A DNA stretch of 64,000 bases. Source: Mobula hypostoma (taxonomy: Eukaryota). A model generated the notes under the pieces. That model searched no databases. It saw only the letters and a program-made list of their open reading frames with translations, and was not told where the DNA came from. The position numbers were made by a program, and so were the translations under genes. The DNA is taken from NCBI RefSeq assembly GCF_963921235.1, contig NC_086097.1, positions 204,168,001-204,232,000 on the forward strand, given 5' to 3'. Below are positions 54,741 to 64,000 of the stretch, in pieces. Position 1 is the stretch's first letter; each line of letters starts with the position of its first letter.

Positions 54741-56499
54741 CTCCAACCATTGGTAAATTTTTCCCCTTGATTGCCTTTGACTTCTGTTTGACTGTAATGT
54801 TAGAATGAGACATTTGCAAGTCGCCAGCTTACAGATTGCCCTGTGTTATTCACACAGGGAAAATAAGTTTTATTCTAAACTTGATTGAACATCCTTGTAG
54901 ACAAGTTGAGATGCAGATTTATGCCAGTGTTCCTTTCTGTTACACAGAACACAAATCTTCTCTCAGTCATTACATCTAGGAGCACCTCCAGCATGCATTA
55001 AGCAATATCTTAAAACTTGCCTGCGGCTTTGTTTGCCTTCATATTGCTTTTGTACTTTTCATTTATAACTCACCTGCTAATTTCAGTTGGGGAAAATTGT
55101 TAATAGGTTATGGTGTTTTCAATAAGAGCATTTTGAGTGTTGTTTTCCATACTGTCACACATCGCCATGCCTTTAGAATTGATCTTTACACCACCTCTCT
55201 TTGACTGCGGATGCTACAGTCCATATTTGTTTTGCTCATCATTAAATTATTGAAGCTGAGACCTTGTGATATTTGAGTGAGCTGTTGTTTTAAGACCTTA
55301 GATTGGTTTTGAAGATTTTTTTTAAATCCATACTTCTCTTGAATAATTTTCCATTTTATTTCATAATAGGGAGATGGCATAAATTTTATTTTATTAGTAA
55401 TGAATTTTAAGGTGGATTCAACTCACGATGCTCTGATGTTACTGTGGATCCATTTTTTTCTTTTGGTTTAATGTATTACACTCACTGCTGCATCAGTTTT
55501 ACTTCAAACTTTTATTTGTTTTTAGAAACTTATATGTAAAGTACACTTATCCTCATAAATATGCAATTAAAATTTTGTTTTCTTTCTGTCCCCACCTCCA
55601 GCTCTTTGGTTTAGTTTCTGGTAGTTTTACACCTGCTTTGTGAGAGCAAATTCCATTGTTTTCCTCTAGTTTATATTATTATTTATATTATAGTTACATT
55701 TATTTCAACAATTTATGATGTCTCACCCCAACATAGTTTCAGCATTTATGTAGTGGATTGTTCTGAAGATTGTATCAAAAATTGAAGCTTCTCTTGGATT
55801 ATAAAGGCAAGACAAATCCAATGAAAAAGAAACTTTGCAGAATAATATTACCAAAGGAGCTGAGGGGAATTTCCTTCAGGCTAAGAGATGATAAATTAGA
55901 TCTGGATTTCGCCATCTGAATACCTAGCTGAGATGGAAAACCTCATTTCATTTAAAGCATACCATTACCTAGAAGACTGTAAGGTAAGTTTTCTCAGTAA
56001 CTTTTACAGCTGGAATTGAAGTAATGAATTGAATTTGGTCTTCCTGGACAGTAATTTCCTGATTCTCTGAAAAAAAGATAGAAAATGTTAGATTGACAGG
56101 AAATAAAATAGGAAAATGGAAAATACTTCGAAAAAAATTGAACAAATACATTTATATGAAAAAATGGGATTTTTTAAATGTAATAGATTTTCTTTGTGCT
56201 TTTGGGGCTAAATATCAGAATTCAGGGCAAAATTATTTGCAGAAGAAATGTATATGGTAGATCGTTACTTGGAGGTATAGTGTCATTGTGTAGATGCTGG
56301 GCTGGAGAGACAATCAATGTCTCATTTAATAGAAAGCTATTTCAACCCTGACCATCAGAGATTCTCACTGTCATCAGAGGATGGAAGAGTTGTGCCATTA
56401 GTGGTGACAAATTAAAGCAAAAATTAATAATCAATGCATTGGAATAAGATTGAACACAACTACTCAATGCAACACTGGAAAAGGGTACAACACAATTTC

Positions 56500-58340
56500 T
56501 CAAATTCACGCTGGCAGCGAAATGAGGCTGCTGAGGACTGAGGCAAATCTCAAAAAGAAATAAATAGAGATGATGAAAGTAATGAGATTATTTGAAAATT
56601 ATGCATGCAAGAATATATTGTTGGGAGGAATTTGAAGATAATTGATTACTTGGAAAGTGCAATTTAGTGAGGATAGGGAAACAACAGAGAATTCAGAGTA
56701 TAAATATATCCAGTCTTGCACTGCACATTAGCAGATTCAAAGGCTTCGCTATTTCTAAAGGGGTGGAGTTGAGAAGATGGGAGTTTTATTGAAATCTGTA
56801 TTGAGCCTTGGTTAAACTACACAGGGAAATACTGCACATAGTTTTGTTGCCATATTATAAATCAAATCAAACAAAGAAAAGGAGGCAATGGGGAAGGTGC
56901 AAAGAAGATTTAGATAATAGCAACAATGTACCGTATGTTCATGAATAGAGGGACCCTTGGGTGTACATCCACAGTTCCAACAACAGAGGTGGATAGGTGA
57001 AGAAAGCACATGGCAGGCTAACCATCACAGGTTAGGACATAGAATATAATATTTGGGATGCTATACTGTCACTTTACAAAACATTAATTAGACCGGATTT
57101 GGAGTATTGCGTGCCATTCTGGTCACCACATTATTGGAAGGATAATATTGTGCTTCAGCAAGTGTGGAGGAGATTCACCAGGATGTTGCTTGGATTGGAG
57201 GACTTTAATTATAGGGAAATATTGGGAGGTCTATGTTTGTTTTCCTTGAAGCAAAGCATGTTGAGGGAGTGACTTGATTATTAATAATACTTTTTCTGTA
57301 AAAAAATTATGGTAAACAATCACCGCAAACAATGAAGAGGTGAGTGAAGATGAGGCTGACTTGAGGGTCAAGGCATGTGGGTATGAGCGAGGTCCAGGCA
57401 TGTTCGAGGAGAAGTGGTCAGAGTGAGGTTGAGGCATGTTTTGAGATGGAGTCGGGGCATATGAAGCAGAGAGAAGTCAGAGCAGTGGAGTTTTGCAGCC
57501 TGTCCACCTGAACCGAGAGCCAGGTTTGATTGATCTAAGCATCGGGCCGATTTGGAGAGGTTGGGTATGAGCCGAGACGTGGTGGCAGGGTCCAGGCCCA
57601 GAGCATATCAACGTGACCAGGCCCAGGCCTTTGAATAAGGAAGGACCCAATGTTTGGATGATTTAAACACTGGGCCGGATGGACTGAAAAGGCAAGGTAT
57701 CGGGACCAGAGGTGAGGATCGGGTTGGTTCTGCTCACTGCTCTGTCACATTTGTTGCACTGAGACCGAGGCTGAGGGCCTGCTCCATCCTCTCCGGGTGT
57801 CGTGTCTATGGACTCACTTTTGTTCTGAATGCTGATTGCTTGCTTGCTTTTATTGTTTGCACGATTTGTTTTTCTACCTCTCTCTTTCTCTGTGCATTGG
57901 GTGCTTGTTGAATTTTTTTTAAATGGGCTCATTTGGGTTTCCTGTTTTGTGGCTGCCTGTAAGGAGACAAATCTCAACACTGTATAACGTATAATTTATA
58001 ATAAATGTACTTTGAATTTTGAAAAAGGTATACAAAATTATACGAGGCACAGAACCTTTCTTCCACAACAGGGGGAATCGACTTCAAGAGGGTTCAGGTT
58101 TAAGGTGAGAGGAAGAACGTTTAAAGGCAATCTGGGGGAAAGGTTTTTACACAGAGAGTAGTTGATATCTGAAACTCACTGCCAGAAGCGGTGATGGAGA
58201 CAGCTGCCATCATTATGTTTAAGACATATTTAGACAGGCCTGGAAGGATTTGAACATAGTGTGGGCTACTAGGGATCAGTGCAGACGGGCAAAGAGAATG
58301 GAATGGTTGTGGTGGCTGAGGAGCCTCTTTCTGTGCTGTA
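56500..58340 (+). mobile_element. Old CR1 remnants with an unclassified insert at ~57320-58020
   Basis: LIRPDLEYCVPFWSPHYWKD-like sequence; ttttacacagagagtagtt; CR1 tail at ~58330. Confidence 0.6.
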
Positions 58341-58974
58341 TGGTTCTATGACTCTATAACTACATAGTTATAGGTTTTTTTTAAATGAATGGTGTTGGTA
58401 GAGTGGATACAAAGGGAGTGGTTCGATTATTTTTTCAGACATAATATTTGCTTTAATTGAGAAACAGAGTAACTAGATACAATTTATTTAAGAGAGTCAC
58501 CAAAAAATATAATAGAGAAGTTAGAAGAAACACTTTAACCCAAAGCGCAATGGAAATGTGAAACTCACTGTGACTGGGAGTGGTCGGGGCTAAAGTATTA
58601 AGGCGTATTAGAAAAGGGAAAATGTACAAGGAAGAAGAGAATCATGGTCATAATAAGAAACTGAAGCATAGTTGTGTATCTGATGCAAGGTGCAGGAAAT
58701 GCTGCTGTAAGTAAGCTTTTTATTGCACCTCAGCATAGATGTAATTCTGCATATGACAATAAACTCACCTTTGAATTTCAGAATCAAAGTTGGCTTTGAC
58801 AATAACTTTAAAATTCCGATGAGGCAAGAAGGGAGGAAGGTCAGGTAAGGGCATACCTGCCACCTTAGATCGATGAGCCAAATAATCCAATTCTGTACTG
58901 CATATCCTGTGGAATGCTTTCCACAAGCCGAAATTTACGAAGATGCCATTAAAAAGAACTCCATTAAATTTGAG

Positions 58975-60210
58975 AACATATTGTGGTGAAAGGACAGGTG
59001 AAGAGTGAAGTGGGGATTTGCACTGGTGTAGCGTTATTCTCACTCTCAAAGCTTGCATAAAAGGCATTGAACTCACTGGGGAATGAAGCATCATTGCCAC
59101 ATACGTCATTTGCTTTTGCCTTATTGGAAGTAGCGGTATGCAAACCTACCACAATCGTCGTGTATCTGATTGTGTCTCTAGCTTCACATGGAATTGCCTT
59201 TCTCTGTCACAAATGGACTCCCGTAGGTTGTACCTGGACTTCCTATAGGGTTTGGGATTGCAGGTCTTCAACACCAGGTATCCAGCCCTCAGCAGACTGC
59301 GAATCTCCTGGTTCATGCAAAGCTTCAGATTTGGGAAAGCTCGGTATGTTCTCGAAGACACACAGTCATTCATGCAGGTCTTGAATAAAACACTGATGGC
59401 CATAGGATATTTATTCAGTCCTGTAAATGTTCCTCCACCTTCCTTCACTATACCTCACGCTCCTCACCATTGGTGCTCAATCCGCAGCCTCTATCTGTAC
59501 TCTCGGAGCAGAAATACAGCCAGATGATCGGACTTGCCAAAGTGTGGCTGCAGTATGACACAGTAAGCACTCATGATGGTGGTATAACAGCGACTGAGTA
59601 TGTGGGGTCCTGTGGTTCTGCAGGTGACACGTTAGTGGTGGCTTGTCCAAGCTGGCCTGATTGAAGACTCTCATGGTGATTGGGAAGGCATCAGGGCGCA
59701 GTGCCTCATGACTGCTGATCATGGCGCTCAGCTCCTCTATGGCTAGCCGGATGTTTGCCTGGGTGGAATATACACTGCTACCCAGATGATGGCAGAGAAC
59801 TCCCATGGCAGATAGAATGGATAACACTCTTCAGCCAGGTCAGGGGAGTAGTCCAAGACAGAACTGCCTTGTCTGCGCCCCACGATGAGTTGACCATGAA
59901 GCAAACACTGCTCCTCTCTCTTTACCTGGTGCCACCATCCAGTCCATGTGGTAGATGATGTTTGAATAGCCTTCTTGCCAGGAACACTATTCTCAATGGT
60001 TATTGACCCCAAGACTTTGCTGGACATTCTATGAGTGAGGTTCACAATTCTTAACTTGGCATCAGAAAGGATGCAGAAGAGCTAAAACTGAATATTACAT
60101 TGAGTATGTGGATTGCATTTAGGTCAGAGTTTTGTCTGTTCTACTTGCTGAGAGTGTTCTCTGCCATTATCTGAGTAGCGGTGTGGATTCCACCCCAGGC
60201 AAACATCCAA
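58975..60210 (-). mobile_element. Rex1/Babar-like LINE endonuclease and linker remnants
   Basis: PFYLPWEFSAIIWVAVYIPP; DASFPSEFNAFYASFE; FPNLKLCMNQEIRSLL. Confidence 0.7.
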
Positions 60211-61309
60211 TCTGTTTTATTCCATGGAGCCTTACCGTTAATTGAGGGGTCTGTGGACCTCAGGTTGGAAACCCCTGACTTAGGTGTTCTTTTTTGAGAT
60301 CACTTTATGAAGAATCTACAGCATGGAAAGCAAAATTTACACTACAGTACTGGGGCAGTAGAAGCTGACTTTCCTCTCACAGCATAGGAAATAGCTGGAA
60401 CTGTGAAAAACACAAATTCAAAGCAAGTATGAACACATTACTATAAATAAGTGGACTGATTTAGAAATGGGTCTTCATGAAGACATTGCATTGAGAACAT
60501 TGTGAACTTGCCTTGGTTTATTTTTGTCATAGATACTGAGATACAGTGAAAAGATTTTGCCCATGTTCTATCGAGACAGGTAATTCCATACATGAGGTAG
60601 TAAAGAGGGAAATCGAAAGCAGAGCTTAATGTACAATTACAGAGAAAGTGCAGATTAGGAGGACAAATAAAGAACCAATCAAAATAGATCAGGGAAATCA
60701 AGAATTCATAACTTATAGTATGAGAGGTTTATTGAAGAGTCCCACGAACACAAGAAAATCTGCAGATGCTAGAAATCCAAAGCAACGCACACAAAATGCG
60801 GGAGGAACTCAGCAGGCCAGGCAACATCTATGGAAAAGAGTTAGCAGTCAAAACGTTGACTATTTACTGTTTTCCATAGATACTGTCTGGCCTGCTGAGT
60901 TCCTCAGCTTTCATGTGTGTTCCATTGAAGAGTCCAATTGCTTAGTAGCTGAGGTTGCACAGAATGAGAGGCCAAGATTGCAATGCTGAGTGAATTGCAA
61001 AGTAAGGTTATAGAAGATCTCCATGCAGAATTTGTAGGTTTTGTGAATGTAGAGTGGTAACTTAAGCATTTGACTATTGGTTTATCATAGGCATGGGTAT
61101 GAAAACCTTAAGCGACACACACAAAAGTTGTTGGAAGGATTCAATAGATTAGGCAGCATCTATTGAGGGAAATCAGGACTGATGAAGGGTCTCAGCCCAA
61201 AATGCTCACTGTTCATTTGCCTCCATAGATGCTGCCTGACTTGATGAGTTTCTCCAGCATTTTGTGTGGTTTGCTCAAGATTTCCAGCATCTGCAGAACC
61301 TCTTGCATC

Positions 61310-61520
61310 AAATGCAACCCCTAGCTAGGAGATATTCCCGGCACTGTCTCTAAGAAGCTTGTACGGACTCGCTGCGCCAGTGGGTGTTTCCTCCGAATGC
61401 TCTGTTTTCCTACCACATTCCAAAAAAGTACAGGTTAGGAGGTTAATTAGTCACATTGGTGTAATTGGGCGCCACGGGCTTGTTGGGCTGGAACGGCCTG
61501 TTACTATTAATAAATAAAAT
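61310..61520 (+). mobile_element. V-SINE fragment
   Basis: gtttcctccgaatgctctgttttcctaccacattccaaa core; aataaataaa tail. Confidence 0.65.
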
Positions 61521-62024
61521 TAATTATATACTGTACATAAACAACATATCAGATTGCAAAGCACAACCTCCTGAAGCAGCACTGCAGCTAACAGAGATCC
61601 GCACAATTATTCTAGTAGTTCCATTAGGATCTCTGAAAATGTGTGTTAATATTCTAGTATTAATTGGAAGTGTTCAGTCAAAAGTAAATCTCTGGACTCA
61701 CAGCCGTAGAATACACATCAGAATAATTAAGAGCTACCCTGTCACCCATTGTCTACTACACGTCAGATAATGGTCAAAAATGTTCAACTGGAAACAACCT
61801 AAAGAGAAACAGATAAAGTGATGTTTCACTTCTCTTTACAGTCCAGCTTCAAAAGGGGAAGTAGAAGTGTCAGTTCACATAGGAAAGATGAACTGAAGAA
61901 CCACAATGTTCCCCTGCAGGTGCGGCATCTGCTGGCATTGTTACATACCCTGTGATGCCTTAGATGCCAAGAATGATTCAGTGGCCAAAGAGTTGAGTGT
62001 CACTGTGATGCATCCCCAGAGAAG

Positions 62025-62290
62025 AAGCAGTCCAGCTATGAGAGTGCAGCCAAAGTCATACAGTAGTCCCGCACAAAAACAGGCCCTTCTGTCCATCTAG
62101 TCCATTCCGAAACCATTTAAACTGCCTACTCCCAATGACCTGCACAGGGACCATAGCCCTCCATGTCCCTACTATTTATGTACCTATGCAAACTTCTCTT
62201 AAACATTGAAATGGAGCTTGCATTGACCACTTGCGTTGGCAGCTCATTCCACACTCTCACGACGATCCGAGTGAAGTTTCCCCTCATTCC
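62025..62290 (-). mobile_element. CR1 3' end
   Basis: Matches the CR1 3' ends at 23510-23690 and 46660-46880. Confidence 0.75.
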
Positions 62291-62412
62291 TACAGAATGT
62301 CTCATTTCTCTATTATTATAACCTTAGAAGAATTACACTTGAAAAGTTATTGTTCATCAGAGACGTCCAGGTATAAAGTGGTGTCACTGAAGTCTTTGGA
62401 GATGGACATGAC

Positions 62413-63698
62413 TGTCACAATGGTGGGGCATTGGGAGCAAGGGTGGACCAAAATGCAAGACACATCTTGTGAGGTTAATTAAATTTAGTTTATTGTTCGA
62501 TACCAGGAGAGCAAGGCAGAAGCAGGAATCGCGAACTGGACAAGGACTCAGGACTACGACTAGGCTGGGACCAAGGGTCTGGGCTAGGACTCGAAATTGG
62601 ATCCCAGTAGAGGAGACATGAAGAGGCTAGGGTATGGACTCCGAGCCCGAAACTGGGCAAGGACCCAGTACCTGGGTCTTGCCCCGGGCTCGGACCCCAG
62701 AACCAGGCATGGACATGACATGGGCTAGGGAGAGGAGGAACATGGAAAAACAGAGCCTCGGTCTCGGAAGAGCAGGTACATGGAACCCTGGACACATACA
62801 CAGAACAGAGAGCTGGGACCCCTCCTTGGGTACAGGACATAGGGCTGGGACTCACGACCCCCCGTGGGGCAACGGTAAGATGGCCAGACTTACCCCACGG
62901 AGGCGAGGACAAGACAAGACCAACACGAATGAACACCAGACAGTACCTATCTAGCTCCAGCGATAGAACTAGACCGAAGTGCAGGCGAGGGCTGCAGACG
63001 AGGGCTAGGGGCGAGAGGGGCAGAGAAGGGATTCAGACAAGGGGGTAGGACAGGAATCACAGACCGCCAGGGCCAGGACTTGGCTCAGAACTTGGATGCC
63101 GCCAGGGCCAGGACTTGACTCAGAACTTGGAAGCTGCCAGGGCCAGGACTCGACTCGGAACCTAGATGCCGCCAGGGCCAGGACTTGACTCGGAACTTGG
63201 ATGCCGCCAGGGCCAGGACTTGACTTGGTACTTGAATGCCCCCGGAGCCGGGACTTGACTTGGAGCCTCCAGGTAGTGGCGAACTCTCGACTCGGCCCGG
63301 GAACAGTAGACAGCGGTTCCTGATTCCCTCTGGCGGGTTAACTGACGGACTCACCTCGGTGAGCAAACTTTGCAGGCTCACTTTGGCAAGGTAACTTGAC
63401 AGGGTTGCTCCGGTGAGGAAAGGCGAATTACCGGCACTCGCTTTGGGCAGAGACTAGGCTTGCTCCGGCCAGATGACATTGGCACGCCGTACCTTTGGTG
63501 ACTTTGCTGACGCTCTCGCGCCGAACGGCTGAAAGCCGGAGACTATAAACTACCGGTTCAGTCGAGAGTAAATTGCCTCCAATCACCAAAGTCGAGGGAC
63601 ACGGGAAAACAGGGAACCAAAGGGAAACAGGGAGTCAATGGTCCGGATCGTAACATAAACAAAATAAATTTAAAGGGACCCTGATCCGGACCATGACA
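62413..63698 (-). mobile_element. Solo LTR or non-autonomous LTR element (1286 bp)
   Basis: TGTCA...TGACA termini; perfect 5-bp TSD ATGAC at 62408-62412 and 63699-63703; AATAAA on the minus strand near 62490; GC-rich. Confidence 0.88.
63063..63270. repeat. 35-bp minisatellite, 5 units plus a degenerate sixth
   Basis: Unit GCCGCCAGGGCCAGGACTTGACTCGGAACTTGGAT starting at 63063, 63098, 63133, 63168, 63203 and 63238. Confidence 0.93.
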
Positions 63699-64000
63699 AT
63701 GACAGTCCCATGTGGTCCATGGTCCCTGGTAGCAATGCTTATCCTGATGCATCTTGTAGTGAGTGTTGTCAGTGGCATCACTACTGAGGCTGTCGTTGAA
63801 AGATTAGCTCAGCAGCTAAAAGCTGCAGCAAACATTCCCGGCTAGTTTGGAATCTGGGAAGTGTTTGAGCAAACTGCAGTTCTGAATCTCTGGGTGAGAT
63901 TTCCTGACACCAGCAAAATGTTCCAGATTAAACAAGTGTGCAGTTCTCCTGAAATCATTCTATGTCAGTCTCTGTGGAGCTTTGACCTCCAATTTACAAC

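Noticed and set aside
61179..61210. Second functional hammerhead
   Set aside because: The GAAA box is mutated to AAAA and the cleavage-site region is degenerate.
63063..63270. 35-bp repeats as a CRISPR array
   Set aside because: The units are directly adjacent with no unique spacers, lie inside an LTR in eukaryotic DNA, and no cas genes are present.

Overview
AT-rich, repeat-dense eukaryotic genomic DNA. The repeat spectrum (CR1 LINEs, Rex1/Babar-like LINEs, Penelope, V-SINEs, Tc1) suggests a cartilaginous fish, probably a ray or skate; this is an inference. The only host gene I can reconstruct is an 8-exon, minus-strand SH3-SH2-tyrosine kinase of the BRK family (PTK6/FRK/SRMS-like), at about 14.7-46.4 kb. 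It is a dead, unprocessed pseudogene: splice sites and phases are largely intact, but it carries several stops and frameshifts, and retrotransposons split two exons. Notable mobile DNA: (1) a Sleeping Beauty-like Tc1 element with two right-hand ends; (2) a TSD-flanked Penelope element whose terminal repeat has an intact hammerhead ribozyme core; (3) an R4/Dong fragment in a (TAA)n site; (4) a Gypsy relic with an L1 inserted in its LTR; (5) hAT MITEs; (6) a solo LTR containing a 35-bp minisatellite. Faint traces of further decayed genes are reported at low confidence. All family assignments come from motif recognition by eye, not database searches.
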